DNA of 64,000 nt, taken from assembly GCA_963766535.1 (NCBI GenBank), contig CAVYAU010000011.1, forward strand, positions 149,998 to 213,997. Reading direction: 5' to 3'. This DNA comes from an uncultured Actinomycetota bacterium. GTDB taxonomy: Bacteria; Actinomycetota; Actinomycetes; Mycobacteriales; Mycobacteriaceae. The stretch's first letter is position 1. Each line of letters begins with the position of its first letter. The notes beneath the pieces were generated by a model. That model saw only the letters and a list, made by a program, of their open reading frames with translations, made no database searches and was not told where the DNA came from. Of the stretch, positions 30,533 through 42,592 are shown piece by piece. The position numbers were made by a program, and so were the translations under genes.

Positions 30533-31686
30533 CTCTGGTCTGCGCGGGAACCATGGTCCTCGGCGGGCAGATCTGCCGGCCGGGATGGTTACAGACGTCC
30601 GGTGGGCAGATCCTCGCCTGCGGGTCCGGCACGCCGGCCCGGCCGGCCGACAGTGATTTCCCCGATTCGATTGTGGTGCCGGGGTTTATCGACATGCATG
30701 TGCACGGTGGCGGTGGAGCCTCTTACACCGAAAAGGATGACATCACCGATGCCGCCGGGTTCCACCTGCGGCACGGCACCACCACGACGCTCGCCAGTCT
30801 GGTCACCACCTCGCCCGCAGAGCTGATTGCCGGCGTGCGCGCACTCGCCGAAGCCATCCGACTGGGCCGGCCGGGCACCGTCGCGGGCATCCACCTGGAG
30901 GGGCCGTGGCTGAGCCCGGCACGTTGCGGAGCACACGACCACACCCAGATGCGTGATCCGGACCCAGCCGAGATCGACGCCGTGCTCGCCGCTGGCGGCG
31001 GCGGGATCCGGATGGTCACGCTGGCGCCCGAGCTGTCCGGAGCCGAGGAGGCAATCCGGCGTTTTCTCGACGCGGGTGTTGTTGTCGCCGTGGGACATAC
31101 CGATGCGACCTACGAGCAGACCAAACGAGCCGTCACCTTGGGCGCCACGGTTGGCACCCATCTGTTCAACGCGATGCCGCCGCTGGACCATCGCGAGCCC
31201 GGACCCGCGCTCGCATTGCTGCAGGATCCGGGAGTGACCGTCGAACTCATCGCCGACGGGGTGCACGTGCACCCGGCCGTGCTGAACGCGGTGATCCGGG
31301 CTGCAGGACCCGACCGGGTCGCCGTGATCACCGACGCCATCGCCGCGGCCGGCTGTGACGACGGAGCGTTTCGGCTTGGCGCAGTGCCGATCGACGTGGT
31401 CTCCGGTGTTGCGCGGGTGCGCGGAACGTCTACGATCGCCGGCAGCACCGCCACCATGGACCAGCTCTTTCGCGCTGTGGCCGGGCTCGGGTCGAAATCG
31501 GGCTCAGACTGCGACGCGGCGCTTATCGCCGCGGTGCAGATGACCTCGGCGACACCGGCGCGGGCTCTCGGCCTTGAGCGCGTGGGCAGCCTGCGGAGCG
31601 GCTATGACGCCAATCTTGTTGTACTGGATCGTGATTTGCAGGTCACTGCAGTCATGATGCAGGGCGGTTGGCTGTTGGGCGGGTAG
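30529..31686 (+). CDS. nagA: N-acetylglucosamine-6-phosphate deacetylase
   Basis: ATG at 30529 overlaps the sugI stop (ATGA). Motifs VPGFIDMHVHGGGG, GIHLEGPWL, VGHTDATY and THLFNAMPP. Confidence 0.93.
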   Translation: MTLVCAGTMVLGGQICRPGWLQTSGGQILACGSGTPARPADSDFPDSIVVPGFIDMHVHGGGGASYTEKDDITDAAGFHLRHGTTTTLASLVTTSPAELIAGVRALAEAIRLGRPGTVAGIHLEGPWLSPARCGAHDHTQMRDPDPAEIDAVLAAGGGGIRMVTLAPELSGAEEAIRRFLDAGVVVAVGHTDATYEQTKRAVTLGATVGTHLFNAMPPLDHREPGPALALLQDPGVTVELIADGVHVHPAVLNAVIRAAGPDRVAVITDAIAAAGCDDGAFRLGAVPIDVVSGVARVRGTSTIAGSTATMDQLFRAVAGLGSKSGSDCDAALIAAVQMTSATPARALGLERVGSLRSGYDANLVVLDRDLQVTAVMMQGGWLLGG

Positions 31687-31769
31687 TCGACCCCGGCCCA
31701 GAACATGCCGTGTCACATCGCGGGCCGCCATCACGTCATACCTGTGAATCGCCGTTGAGTTAGGAGGTC

Positions 31770-32141
31770 ATGATGAATGCGCTGCTCTGGACCTTGCAGG
31801 GTTCGCTTGCCGCGATCTTCACGGCGTCGGGGCTGGCGAAGATCAGCCAACCTAAAAACCGTCTCATCGCGAGTGGGCAAACCGGCGTCGCGCCATTTCC
31901 ACTGCCAGTCATCCGCATCACCGCATTCTGCGAACTACTCGGTGCCATCGGCATTCTCGTGCCCCGACTGGTGGGCGTCGCGGAGTTTCTGACCCCGGCC
32001 GCGGCGGGCGGATTCGCGATCGTCATGGTGGGCGCCATTGCCTCGCATGCGCATCTTCGCGAGCCTCGCAACGTCGCGCTAACCGCGGCGATCTTCGTCG
32101 CTGCCGTCACGGTGGCCGTCGGCCGAGCACTCGGCCGGTGA
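31770..32141 (+). CDS. DoxX-family membrane protein
   Basis: 123 aa with 3-4 TM helices and a DoxX-like pattern (LAAIFTASGLAKI ... ELLGAIGILVP). Strong AGGAGG Shine-Dalgarno 4 nt upstream of the ATG. Confidence 0.8.
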   Translation: MMNALLWTLQGSLAAIFTASGLAKISQPKNRLIASGQTGVAPFPLPVIRITAFCELLGAIGILVPRLVGVAEFLTPAAAGGFAIVMVGAIASHAHLREPRNVALTAAIFVAAVTVAVGRALGR

Positions 32142-32146
32142 GAGGA

Positions 32147-33175
32147 CTAGCGGAGCCGGCGGGTAAACCGGGAAAACGCCAGCGCGCCAACGGCTCCCAC
32201 GGCCATCGCGGTCAGCGTCTGGCGCGTGCGCAGCCCCTCGTCCAGTTGTACCCGCGGGGCGATGATCGCGGGTGCCGGAGGGGCAACGGGCTCGGCACGC
32301 GGACTCCGGGATGCTGTCGCTGCCCAGGCGGTGCAGAACAGGACGAGATACGCGGTGATATAAGCGAACACCATCAAACCCAGCACCGGCCCGAACGTGG
32401 CGCCCGCCGGGCTGCGCAGCACTACCTTCAGGTAGATCGACGCGACTTGCTTGAACAGTTCGAAGCCGATCGCCGCCATCAACCCGGCCCTCATCGAGTT
32501 GACCAGACTGACCTTCTCTCGCGGTAGCCGGGCGATCATCCAGGTGAACAGCATCCACGACACCAGGATCGACACCAATATCGAGATACCCCTGAAGAGC
32601 CAGTCGAACGCCGAAAACTCGGGTATCCCAAGCCATCTCAGTACCGCAGCCATTGGCGCGGCGTGGCCGAGTGTGGTGAGAGCGATGGTGGCCAGGGTCA
32701 CTACGAACGTCCCCAGCATCGCCAAGAGATCGGAAAGCTTGTTGCGCACGAAGCCCGGTGAACCGATGCGCTGCTCCCACCACATCTCGGTCAACGCTGC
32801 CCGCAGGTGCGACATCCAGCCCAGACCCGCCCAGGCCGCGGTAGCCAGGCCGATGACACCGACCGATGCCCGCGCGTCGATCGCCGTGTTCATCAAGTCG
32901 ACCAGCTGTTGCCCCAGAGCGCCGGACACCGAGGACCTGATGTGGTCATCGATCGTGCTCAGCAGCTGGTGCCGCCGGGACAGCACGAATCCGAACACCG
33001 CGAAACCGACCATCAATAAAGGAAATAGCGCAAAGATCGTGTAGTACGTGAGGCCGGCTGCAAAGAAGCCACCGTGGCGGTCGTCGAAGCGCTGGTAGGC
33101 GCGCATGACATGGTCGAACCATCCGAACCGGGTCCGCAGCCGATCAAGGATTCCTGGCTTGGCCGGTTCGCTCAT
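32147..33175 (-). CDS. YihY/BrkB (ribonuclease BN-like) family membrane protein (Rv3335c-like)
   Basis: 342 aa. GGFFAAGLTYYTIFALFPLL signature and six TM segments. Confidence 0.85.
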   Translation of the reverse strand: MSEPAKPGILDRLRTRFGWFDHVMRAYQRFDDRHGGFFAAGLTYYTIFALFPLLMVGFAVFGFVLSRRHQLLSTIDDHIRSSVSGALGQQLVDLMNTAIDARASVGVIGLATAAWAGLGWMSHLRAALTEMWWEQRIGSPGFVRNKLSDLLAMLGTFVVTLATIALTTLGHAAPMAAVLRWLGIPEFSAFDWLFRGISILVSILVSWMLFTWMIARLPREKVSLVNSMRAGLMAAIGFELFKQVASIYLKVVLRSPAGATFGPVLGLMVFAYITAYLVLFCTAWAATASRSPRAEPVAPPAPAIIAPRVQLDEGLRTRQTLTAMAVGAVGALAFSRFTRRLR

Positions 33176-33186
33176 GGTGAAACGTG

Positions 33187-34221
<1,035 letters not shown>

Positions 34222-34311
34222 TCACGCGAGGCCCCCGGGCCTTCAAACACCGGCCGCCACCGGCCCGCGGTTGCTTGCAGTACCGGCGGTACCGCCTTTA
34301 GTGTCGGCAGC

Positions 34312-35160
34312 ATGACGCCTCGTCCACCGATCCACCTTGGCTCCGGAGAACCGGTCCTGCTGCTGCACCCGTTTTTGCTGTCCCAGGCGGTATGGGAGAC
34401 CGTAGCCCGGCAATTGGCCGACACCGGCCGGTATGAGGTGTTCGCCCCGACGATGGCCGGCCACAACGGCGGGCCGTCCGCCGGCACCTGGTTCCTGTCC
34501 TCTGCGGTGCTGGCCGACCACGTCGAGCGCCAGATGGACGAACTGGGCTGGGATACCGCCCACATCGTCGGCAACTCACTGGGCGGCTGGGTCGCATTCG
34601 AACTGGAGCGGCGTGGGCGGGCGCGCAGTGTCACCGGCATCGCGCCGGCGGGCGGTTGGACGCGATGGAGCCCGGCCAAGTTCGAGGTGATCGCCAAGTT
34701 CGTCCTGGGTATTCCGCTGTTGGCACTCGCTTGGTTGTTCGGGCCGCGTGTGTTGCGCCTGCCGTTCAGCCGCCGGTTAGCCACCTATGCGATCAGCGCA
34801 TCGCCAGATGGGGTCAGCGACGCCGAACTGCTCGGCTGCATCGACGACGTCGCGCACTGCCCCGCCTACTTCCAGCTGCTGGTCAAGGCGCTGCTGCTGC
34901 ACGGCCTGCGGGAGCTCGCACAGAACGCCGTCCCGGCGCATCTGGTGATCTGCGGAAAGGATCGGATTGTCCCGGCACCCAGGTTCAGCCGGCATTTCAC
35001 CACCCACCTGCCGGACGAAACCCACCAGGTCACCAGACTCGAGGACGTCGGGCACATTCCGATGTTCGAGGCGCCGGGACGCATCACCGAGGTGATCACC
35101 AACTTCATCGAACAGTGCGTCCCGGCGATCCGGGCCGTCGACAACCCACCGGCTAGTTAG
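34312..35160 (+). CDS. Alpha/beta-fold hydrolase (intact counterpart of Rv3337/Rv3338)
   Basis: ATG at 34312 gives [21 protein letters not shown]. Nucleophile elbow GNSLGG and C-terminal GHIPMFE. The upstream part of the 33730 ORF is antisense to trpS. Confidence 0.85.
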   Translation: MTPRPPIHLGSGEPVLLLHPFLLSQAVWETVARQLADTGRYEVFAPTMAGHNGGPSAGTWFLSSAVLADHVERQMDELGWDTAHIVGNSLGGWVAFELERRGRARSVTGIAPAGGWTRWSPAKFEVIAKFVLGIPLLALAWLFGPRVLRLPFSRRLATYAISASPDGVSDAELLGCIDDVAHCPAYFQLLVKALLLHGLRELAQNAVPAHLVICGKDRIVPAPRFSRHFTTHLPDETHQVTRLEDVGHIPMFEAPGRITEVITNFIEQCVPAIRAVDNPPAS

Positions 35161-36382
35161 CCAGCTCTTTCTCCAGGTTCTCGGCGATCGAATTGAGGAA
35201 TTCCTCGCTGTTCTGCCACTCCTGGTCAGGACCGATGAGGATGGCGAGGTCCTTGGTCATCTTGCCGCTCTCGACCGTGGCGATGACGACGTCCTCCAGC
35301 GTGTGGGCAAACTCGATTACCTCCGGCGTGTTGTCCAGCTTGCCGCGGTGTTGCAGTCCGCGCGTCCAGGCGAAGATTGAGGCGATCGGGTTCGTCGAGG
35401 TCGGTTTGCCGGCCTGGTACTGCCGGAAGTGCCGGGTGACGGTGCCGTGTGCGGCTTCGGCCTCGACCGTCTTGCCGTCGGCCGTCATCAGCACCGACGT
35501 CATCAGTCCCAGTGAGCCGTAGCCCTGCGCGACGGTGTCCGACTGGACATCACCGTCGTAGTTCTTGCAGGCCCACACGTAGCCGCCCTCCCATTTGAGG
35601 CAAGCGGCGACCATGTCGTCGATCAGCCGATGCTCGTAGGTCAGTCCTTCGGCTTCGAACTTGTCCTTGAATTCCTCTTCGTAGATGCGCTGGAACTCGT
35701 CTTTGAACATGCCGTCGTAGGCCTTGAGGATGGTGTTCTTGGTGGACAGATACACCGGCCATTTGGCGTTCAGGCCGTACGAGAACGAGGCGCGGGCGAA
35801 ATCCTGGATGGATGACTTGAAGTTGTACATCCCCATCACGACACCGCCGTCCTCGGGGATGGACACCATCTCGTGCACCATCGGCTCGCTGCCGTCGGCG
35901 GGCGTGAAAATCAGTGTGACAGTGCCCGGCTGGTCGACCTTGAAGTTCGTGGCCCGGTACTGGTCACCAAAAGCGTGACGGCCGATGACAATTGGCTTGG
36001 TCCAGCCCGGAACCAGCCGCGGGACATTGGAGATCACGATCGGCTCCCGGAAAATGGTGCCGCCCAGGATGTTTCGGATGGTCCCGTTGGGCGACAGCCA
36101 CATCTTCTTCAGGTTGAATTCCTGGACGCGGGCCTCGTCGGGGGTGATGGTTGCGCACTTGACGCCCACGCCGTGCTTTTTGATGGCATAGGCCGCGTCG
36201 ATCGTCACCTGGTCGTCAGTGCGGTCGCGGTGCTCGATGCCCAGGTCGTAATACACCAGGTTGATGTCCAGATGCGGCAAGATCAGCATGTCCTTGATGA
36301 GCTTCCAGATGACGCGGGTCATCTCGTCACCGTCGAGCTCTACTACCGGGCCTTCGACTTTGATCTTGGCTTCATTGGACAT
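35153..36382 (-). CDS. icd1: NADP-dependent isocitrate dehydrogenase (eukaryote-like homodimeric type)
   Basis: ATG at 36380-36382 gives a 409-aa product [31 protein letters not shown] ... TVTRHFRQ ... [13 protein letters not shown]. Confidence 0.95.
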   Translation of the reverse strand: MSNEAKIKVEGPVVELDGDEMTRVIWKLIKDMLILPHLDINLVYYDLGIEHRDRTDDQVTIDAAYAIKKHGVGVKCATITPDEARVQEFNLKKMWLSPNGTIRNILGGTIFREPIVISNVPRLVPGWTKPIVIGRHAFGDQYRATNFKVDQPGTVTLIFTPADGSEPMVHEMVSIPEDGGVVMGMYNFKSSIQDFARASFSYGLNAKWPVYLSTKNTILKAYDGMFKDEFQRIYEEEFKDKFEAEGLTYEHRLIDDMVAACLKWEGGYVWACKNYDGDVQSDTVAQGYGSLGLMTSVLMTADGKTVEAEAAHGTVTRHFRQYQAGKPTSTNPIASIFAWTRGLQHRGKLDNTPEVIEFAHTLEDVVIATVESGKMTKDLAILIGPDQEWQNSEEFLNSIAENLEKELAN

Positions 36383-36526
36383 CTGCGTCCGAATCCTCCA
36401 GCAAGTGGGGAGCTTGGGCGAGCGGTTGCTCGTCACGCCAGACTACTAGGAGCTTTCAGAGGCCATAACGCGCGGTGAGGCGGTCCCATTGGCATCGACT
36501 CGGTGTTATGAGATAGGCTTCGAATC

Positions 36527-36646
36527 GGTCATGAGCGCCAGCGTCAAGCCCCGGCTTGCTGGCCGGCAACCCTCCAACCGCGGTGGGGTGCCCCGGGTGA
36601 TGACCAGGTTGAGTAGCCACAGTCGGCTACGCGGCAAGCGCGGGTC
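36527..36646 (+). promoter_or_regulatory. SAM-IV riboswitch aptamer
   Basis: GGTCATGAGCGCCAGCGTCAAGCCCCGGCTTGCTGGCCGGCAACCCTCCAACCGCGGTGGGGTGCCCCGGGTGATGACCAGGTTGAGTAGCCACAGTCGGCTACGCGGCAAGCGCGGGTC is almost identical to the Mycobacterium SAM-IV RNA as I remember it. Visible helices: GGTCAT/ATGACC, GCCAGC/GCTGGC, AAGCC/GGCTT, ACCGCGGT and GTAGCC/GGCTAC. It lies upstream of the metC-metX operon. Confidence 0.85.
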
Positions 36647-36827
36647 CGCCATGACGGGCCCCTGAGTAGACAGGGAAACGTGATGTGCACTCACCCAGCT
36701 CATTCGCGTCTCATCGTGTGCCGGTGCTAGCCGCCGGCCACCGGTCGACGTCATCAGTGATGGCGTCGCGGGTGGCTGCGAGCGCCCCGATACCCGATTC
36801 ACCCCCTTCTGACAGAAAGCACCGCAC

Positions 36828-38213
36828 GTGAGCTCCGAAAACAGCGCCGACAGCAGTACCGAGAGCGATCCGACCGCGCATTGGTCGTTCGAAACGAAGC
36901 AGATCCACGCTGGCCAACAACCGGACTCGGCCACCAACGCCCGCGCCCTGCCGATCTACCAGACCACGTCCTACACCTTCAACGACACCGCACATGCCGC
37001 TGCCCTGTTCGGGCTCGAGGTCCCGGGCAACATCTACACCCGGATCGGTAACCCGACCACCGATGTCGTCGAACAGCGCATCGCCGCGCTCGAAGGCGGC
37101 GTGGCCGCGCTGTTCCTGAGCTCCGGGCAGGCCGCTGAGACATTCGCCATACTGAACCTCGCATGTGCCGGCGATCACATCGTGTCCAGCCCGCGGCTCT
37201 ACGGCGGCACCTATAACCTGTTCCACTATTCGCTGGCCAAGCTCGGCATCGACGTCAGCTTCGTCGCGGATCCCGACGACCTGGATTCGTGGCAGGCCGC
37301 GGTACGGCCGAACACCAAAGCGTTCTTCGGCGAGACCATCTCCAACCCGCAGATCGATGTGCTGGACATCCCCGGGGTCGCCGGGGTCGCCCACGCCAAC
37401 GGTGTACCGCTGATCGTCGATAACACCATTGCCACGCCATACCTGATCCAGCCGTTCACGCACGGCGCCGACATCGTGGTGCACTCGGCCACCAAATACC
37501 TGGGCGGGCACGGCGCCGCGATCGCCGGCGTCATCGTCGACGGCGGCACATTCGACTGGACGCAAGGCCGTTTCCCGGGCTTCACCACGCCCGACCCCAG
37601 CTACCACGGCGTGGTGTATGCCGAGCTGGGACCGCCGGCGTATGCGATCAAGGCACGCGTACAACTGCTGCGCGACTATGGGTCGGCGGCTTCGCCGTTC
37701 AACGCGTTCCTGGTGGCCCAAGGTCTGGAAACGCTGAGTCTGCGAGTGGAGCGCCACGTCGCCAATGCGCAACGGGTCGCCGAGTTCTTGGCCGGCCATG
37801 ATGGCGTGCTGTCGGTCAACTATGCGGGACTGCCCAGTTCGCCATGGTATGAGCGGGCAAAGAAGCTGGCGCCCAAGGGAACCGGAGCCGTCCTGGCGTT
37901 CGAACTGGCCGGTGGCATCGAGGCCGGGAAGGCTTTCGTGAACGCGCTGAAGCTGCACAGTCACGTCGCCAACATCGGCGACGTGCGCTCCCTGGTGATT
38001 CACCCGGCGTCGACCACCCACGCCCAGCTGAGCCCCGAGGAGCAGCTGAGCACCGGCGTCAGCCCGGGGCTGGTGCGGCTGGCCGTCGGCATCGAAGGCA
38101 TCGACGACATCCTGGCCGACCTGGAGCTCGGCTTTGCCGCGGCCCGGAAATATGGTGCGCCGGTTCAAGCGGCGAAAGCCAGCGGCGACCCACAGGCCGT
38201 GGCGGCCTTCTGA
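36828..38213 (+). CDS. metC: O-acetylhomoserine sulfhydrylase (Cys/Met-metabolism PLP enzyme)
   Basis: 461 aa. [29 protein letters not shown] and [10 protein letters not shown] (PLP Lys) motifs. GTG start, with an in-frame TGA 18 nt upstream. Confidence 0.95.
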   Translation: MSSENSADSSTESDPTAHWSFETKQIHAGQQPDSATNARALPIYQTTSYTFNDTAHAAALFGLEVPGNIYTRIGNPTTDVVEQRIAALEGGVAALFLSSGQAAETFAILNLACAGDHIVSSPRLYGGTYNLFHYSLAKLGIDVSFVADPDDLDSWQAAVRPNTKAFFGETISNPQIDVLDIPGVAGVAHANGVPLIVDNTIATPYLIQPFTHGADIVVHSATKYLGGHGAAIAGVIVDGGTFDWTQGRFPGFTTPDPSYHGVVYAELGPPAYAIKARVQLLRDYGSAASPFNAFLVAQGLETLSLRVERHVANAQRVAEFLAGHDGVLSVNYAGLPSSPWYERAKKLAPKGTGAVLAFELAGGIEAGKAFVNALKLHSHVANIGDVRSLVIHPASTTHAQLSPEEQLSTGVSPGLVRLAVGIEGIDDILADLELGFAAARKYGAPVQAAKASGDPQAVAAF

Positions 38214-38224
38214 GGAGCTCTGCC

Positions 38225-39364
38225 ATGACGATCTCCGACGTCCCTACCCAAACACTGCCTGCCGAAGGCGAAATCGGCCTGGTCCACATCGGCTCGCTGA
38301 CCACCGAAAGCGGTGCGGTGATCGACGATGTCTGCATCGCCATACAGCGCTGGGGTGAATTGTCGCCGACGCGTGACAACGTGGTGGTGGTACTACACGC
38401 GCTCACCGGTGATTCGCACATCACCGGGCCCGCCGGACCCGGGCACCCGACGGCCGGCTGGTGGGACGGGGTGGCCGGTCCGGGTGCGCCGATCGACACC
38501 AACCGCTGGTGCGCGGTGGCCACCAACGTGCTGGGCGGTTGCCGTGGCTCCACCGGGCCCAGCTCGCTGGCCCGTGACGGAAAGCCATGGGGCTCTAAAT
38601 TTCCGCTGATTTCGATACGGGACCAGGTGGAGGCGGACATCGCTGCGCTGGCCGCACTGGGTATCAATGAGGTTGCCGCCGTCGTCGGCGGATCCATGGG
38701 CGGCGCAAGGGCTTTGGAGTGGATCGTCGGCCATCCCGACCGGGTCCGGGCCGGGCTACTGCTAGCGGTCGGTGCACGCGCCACCGCCGACCAGATCGGC
38801 ACCCAGACCACTCAGATCGCGGCCATCAAGGCCGATCCGAACTGGCAGGGCGGCGACTACCACGACACCGGGCGTAAACCGGATGCCGGCCTGACGATCG
38901 CCCGCCGCTTCGCCCACCTGACCTACCGCGGCGAGGTAGAGCTCGACACCCGGTTCGCCAACGGCAACCAGGGCGACGAGGACTCGGCGAACGGCGGCCG
39001 CTACGCGGTGCAGAGCTACCTGGAGCACCAGGGCGACAAGCTGTTGGCCCGCTTTGACGCCGGCAGCTACCTGGTCTTGACCGAGGCGCTGAACAGCCAC
39101 GACGTCGGTCGTGGCCGCGGCGGGATCCGGAAAGCCTTGCGCAGCTGCCCGGTGCCGGTTGTGGTCGCTGGCATCGCCTCCGACCGGCTCTACCCGCTGC
39201 GCTTGCAGGAGGAACTGGCCGAGCTGCTGCCGGGCAGCACCGGGCTGCAGGTTGTCGACTCCATCTGCGGGCACGACGGCTTCCTGGTGGAATCCGCGGC
39301 GGTCGGCGACCTGATCCGCAAGACGCTCGACTTGGCCGAGAACGAAGGCGCGTGTCGACGGTGA
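38225..39364 (+). CDS. metX: Homoserine O-acetyltransferase
   Basis: 379 aa. [10 protein letters not shown], nucleophile GGSMGG and C-terminal GHDGFL motifs. Confidence 0.95.
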   Translation: MTISDVPTQTLPAEGEIGLVHIGSLTTESGAVIDDVCIAIQRWGELSPTRDNVVVVLHALTGDSHITGPAGPGHPTAGWWDGVAGPGAPIDTNRWCAVATNVLGGCRGSTGPSSLARDGKPWGSKFPLISIRDQVEADIAALAALGINEVAAVVGGSMGGARALEWIVGHPDRVRAGLLLAVGARATADQIGTQTTQIAAIKADPNWQGGDYHDTGRKPDAGLTIARRFAHLTYRGEVELDTRFANGNQGDEDSANGGRYAVQSYLEHQGDKLLARFDAGSYLVLTEALNSHDVGRGRGGIRKALRSCPVPVVVAGIASDRLYPLRLQEELAELLPGSTGLQVVDSICGHDGFLVESAAVGDLIRKTLDLAENEGACRR

Positions 39365-40095
39365 CCCGCTCTAGGCACGACCGCTCCCTCTCGTTCGGCT
39401 CAGCGGCTGCTGCCTACGAGCGTGGCCGGCCCTCGTATCCACCGGAGGCGATCGACTGGCTGTTGCCGGCCGGTGCGCGCAAGGTGCTCGACCTGGGTGC
39501 GGGCACCGGCAAACTGACCACCCGGCTGGTGGAACGGGGCCTGGACGTGGTGGCCGTCGACCCGATTCCCGAAATGCTGGAAGTGCTGCGTGCCTCGCTG
39601 CCGGAAACACGTGCGCTGCTGGGCACCGCGGAAGAGATTCCGTTGCAGGACAATAGCGTTGACGCCGTGCTGGTCGCCCAGGCGTGGCACTGGGTGGATC
39701 CGGAGCGCGCTATTCCCGAGGTGGCCCGCGTGCTGCGGCCGGGCGGGCGACTGGGCCTGGTGTGGAATACCCGCGACGAACGGCTCGGCTGGGTGCGCGA
39801 GCTGGGCCAGATCATCGGTACCGATGGCGATCGGAGCCGTTTCGACGTGACGCTGCCTGCTCCGTTCAACGAGCCGCAGCGCCATCAAGTCGAGTGGACT
39901 AATTACCTTACGCCGCAGGCGTTGATCGACCTGGTGGCGTCCCGCAGCTACTGCATCACCTCGCCGACCGAGGTTCGCACCAGAACACTCGACCAGGTAC
40001 GCGAATTGCTGGCTACGCATCCGGCGCTGGCGAATTCGACCGGTTTGGCGCTGCCCTATGTCACCGTGTGCATCCGGGCCACACTGGCCGAGTGA
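39352..40095 (+). CDS. Class-I SAM-dependent methyltransferase (Rv3342-like)
   Basis: 247 aa. Motif [13 protein letters not shown] and post-I VVAVDP. 13-nt overlap with the metX 3' end suggests co-transcription. Confidence 0.85.
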   Translation: MSTVTRSRHDRSLSFGSAAAAYERGRPSYPPEAIDWLLPAGARKVLDLGAGTGKLTTRLVERGLDVVAVDPIPEMLEVLRASLPETRALLGTAEEIPLQDNSVDAVLVAQAWHWVDPERAIPEVARVLRPGGRLGLVWNTRDERLGWVRELGQIIGTDGDRSRFDVTLPAPFNEPQRHQVEWTNYLTPQALIDLVASRSYCITSPTEVRTRTLDQVRELLATHPALANSTGLALPYVTVCIRATLAE

Positions 40096-40151
40096 CGAGC
40101 GCGGTTACCACTCCTCATCATCGTCCTCCTCGTGTTGGTCCGGGCGATGGT

Positions 40152-40937
40152 TCACCACTGCTTTGGTGCCCGGAGTCCGGGATAGGGCAGCCAGTACGGA
40201 ACGCCCCGCGCGTAGTCATCGAACGCCGCACCATAGATCCGCCGGTACCGAGCCTCCTTGAACAGCGGCGCGAGCACGCAGTATGTCGTGAACACGACGG
40301 CGATGACGAGCTGGTCCGGGGTCCAGGTGGGCACCGTCCAAAGCGTCAGGGCGAACGAGACGTAGATCGGCTGGCGGGTCAGCCGGAACAGTCCGGTCTG
40401 CGGCATCGCCGGGTAGACCGGTTGCCTCCGACGTAGCATGGCGATCCAGCCGAGACTGCCGGTCTGCAGCGCCAATCCGGCGTCCGCCATGGACTTGCCG
40501 AGCAGCGCCCAGGAGGTCGCGTACAGCCCGACCAGGACCGCCAGCGCCGCCCCGTGTGCCCGCCACCAGACCGTCCCACTGGGCGACCACAGCGCGAAGA
40601 GCGCCAGGACTTGTAGCGCGGCGATGGTGGCGTAGGTGGTGGTCGCCAACGTGGCACCGGTGCCGCGCGGGGCCAGCCGTGTCAGCAGCCTTCGGCCCCG
40701 GCTTGTTAGCAGTGCTGAATGCGCGAGGGGAAACTGGGTGAGCAAGACGCCGTTGGCGATCCAGCTGCATGGGGCCTGGAGGGTGCCCAATGACCGACTC
40801 ATGCCGAAGAACATCGCGACCATCATGGCGCCCACCCCGATGGCGAAGCAGGCATGGCAGATGACGCCATAGCACAGGGCGATGACGGCATGGCCGGCAC
40901 TGCTTTGGCCGGGTTGGGACGGCGACGAGCCTGGCAT
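40152..40937 (-). CDS. Polytopic membrane methyltransferase-family protein (ICMT / PEMT / MddA-like fold)
   Basis: ATG at 40935-40937 is preceded by GGAGG. 5-6 TM helices. The C-terminal segment GLFRLTRQPIYVSFALTLW resembles the R-x-P-x-Y SAM-binding region of ICMT-type enzymes. Family assignment is by pattern only. Confidence 0.65.
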   Translation of the reverse strand: MPGSSPSQPGQSSAGHAVIALCYGVICHACFAIGVGAMMVAMFFGMSRSLGTLQAPCSWIANGVLLTQFPLAHSALLTSRGRRLLTRLAPRGTGATLATTTYATIAALQVLALFALWSPSGTVWWRAHGAALAVLVGLYATSWALLGKSMADAGLALQTGSLGWIAMLRRRQPVYPAMPQTGLFRLTRQPIYVSFALTLWTVPTWTPDQLVIAVVFTTYCVLAPLFKEARYRRIYGAAFDDYARGVPYWLPYPGLRAPKQW

Positions 40938-41136
40938 ACCACCTCCGCGTCGTACCCCGCGGCACAGTCTGGCATCACGGCGCTGGCGCCGCAATCAAAC
41001 TCCGGCGCCGTCCCCAATACGTAACGTTTGGCGCATGAGTCTTGGTCAACGGCTGCCCATCCTGCGCTGGTCGATATTGCGGGCGGAATCTCTTGGTTAC
41101 TGCGGCATCTCGGCGACCGTAGCTGAGCGGAGGCGA

Positions 41137-42513
41137 TTACCACTCGTCATCGTCGTCCGCGGCGCGCAGCAGCTTCTCCGGATGATGAAACATGTTGGTT
41201 CTGGGTTGGCCTCGCTCTAAGTGCGGGGGTGGTGTCCATTCGGTGTCGCCGTTGGCGTTTTTGCGGGTGGTCCACCCGCTGGGTTGCAGCAGCCGGTGTT
41301 GTGGGCCGCAGCCGAAGGTGAGGTTGTTGACGTCGGTGGTCCGGCATGTGGCGTAGTCGGTGACATGGTGCACTTCGCAGTAATACCCGGGCACGGTGCA
41401 GCCGGGCGCCGAACAGCCACGGTCCTTGGCGTATAACACGATTCGCTGCCCCGGGGACGCGAGTCGCTTGGTGTGATACAAGGCCAGCGCCTTGCCCTTG
41501 TCGAAGATGGCCAGGTAATGACGGGCGTGGCGGGCCAGGCGGATCACATCGCTCATGGGCAGGATGGTGCCCCCGCCGGTGAGTCCCTTACCGGCGGCGG
41601 CTTCCAGCTCGGCCAGGGTGGTGGACACGATGATTGAGGCCGGCAGCCCGTTGTGCTGACCCAGTTTCCCGCTGGCCAGTAGCCCACGCAGGGCGGCGTT
41701 GAGCCCATCATGATTGCGCTGGCTCGTTGAGCGGGTGGCACGCTCGATCGCTTCTTGGCAGGGTGGGCCGTCCACGCACGCGGTGTCGTCGTTGGGGTTG
41801 CACATGCCCGGGGCGGCCAGTTTGGCCATGACCGCCTCCAAGGTGGCGCGCAGTTCGGGGGTGATGAGGCCACGCAACTTCGACATGCCATCGGCTTGTT
41901 GATCGTCCAGGGTCAGGCCGCGCCGGCGCGCCCGATCGTCGTCGGTGTAGGTGCCGTCGGGGTTGAGGCAATCGGCGAGTCGGTCGGCCAGCCCGGCGAG
42001 TTGTTCGGAGCGAAACTGTGAACCCAGCCGCGCCAGGTGGGCTTCGGCCTGTTCGCGGGTTGCGGCATCGACCCAGCCGGGCAGCTGGTGGTAAAACCGG
42101 CGGATCACCGCGACTTGCCCGGCTCCCAGTTTCCCGGCTCGCTGAGCCGCCGCAGTGCTTGACAATATGGGCGGTAAAGGCTCGCCGGTGAGTCCGTGGC
42201 GTGGTCCCAGGTCGGTGGCCTCGCGGATGCGCCGGGCGGCCTCGGCGCGGCTGATCAACGTCCACTCGGCAACCGCGTGGGACAGCTTCCCGCCCAGCTC
42301 CTCTGGAGTCGCTTGCCGGGCAAGGGAATTGATCAGCGGATGCTCGGCTGCCGGTATGCGCCGGCGCAGCCGCTCGTACCGTTCCAACAACGCCAACTGG
42401 TCGTTAGTGGCTAATGCGTCAACGTCAAACTCAGCCACCTTGTCGAACGCGGCGTCCAACGCATCAAAGGCCGCCGTCATCGCCTCGCGATCGATGACAC
42501 CGCCAGAACTCAT
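41137..42513 (-). CDS. DUF222 domain HNH endonuclease (REP13E12-type)
   Basis: 458 aa, full length. N-terminal DUF222 region, C-terminal HNH motif CEVHHVTDY...[13 protein letters not shown], and an acidic tail DDDDEW. Confidence 0.9.
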   Translation of the reverse strand: MSSGGVIDREAMTAAFDALDAAFDKVAEFDVDALATNDQLALLERYERLRRRIPAAEHPLINSLARQATPEELGGKLSHAVAEWTLISRAEAARRIREATDLGPRHGLTGEPLPPILSSTAAAQRAGKLGAGQVAVIRRFYHQLPGWVDAATREQAEAHLARLGSQFRSEQLAGLADRLADCLNPDGTYTDDDRARRRGLTLDDQQADGMSKLRGLITPELRATLEAVMAKLAAPGMCNPNDDTACVDGPPCQEAIERATRSTSQRNHDGLNAALRGLLASGKLGQHNGLPASIIVSTTLAELEAAAGKGLTGGGTILPMSDVIRLARHARHYLAIFDKGKALALYHTKRLASPGQRIVLYAKDRGCSAPGCTVPGYYCEVHHVTDYATCRTTDVNNLTFGCGPQHRLLQPSGWTTRKNANGDTEWTPPPHLERGQPRTNMFHHPEKLLRAADDDDEW

Positions 42514-42592
42514 ACCCCGAAACTAGCCGAGCCCACTGACAGAAAACGCTGCCCGGCGACCACTGAAACCAGAGTGGCGCAAGTGATTTCGG

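Noticed and set aside
36515-36530. GGCTTCGAATCGG, reminiscent of a tRNA T-arm (GGTTCGAATCC).
   Set aside because: No acceptor stem, D-arm or anticodon arm can be drawn around it. It lies immediately 5' of, and partly within, the SAM-IV aptamer P1 helix.
36711-38168. 485-aa minus-strand ORF antisense to metC. Similar long antisense ORFs occur at 48000-49205, 1359-2348, 3514-4641, 61247-62542, 58505-59596 and 44363-45445.
   Set aside because: All are mirror-frame ORFs inside well-supported genes. They have low-complexity Arg/Gly/Pro-rich products and no start-site signals.
40106-40159. A minus-strand reading ...TPGTKAVVNHRPDQHEEDDDEEW-stop, just downstream of the Rv3342-like gene. It resembles the acidic ...[17 protein letters not shown]-terminus of the DUF222/HNH protein at 41137-42513 and might be a scar of another REP13E12 copy.
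   Set aside because: Only about 20 codons are involved. It overlaps the 3' end of the membrane methyltransferase ORF in another frame. The similarity is too short and too low-complexity to support a feature.
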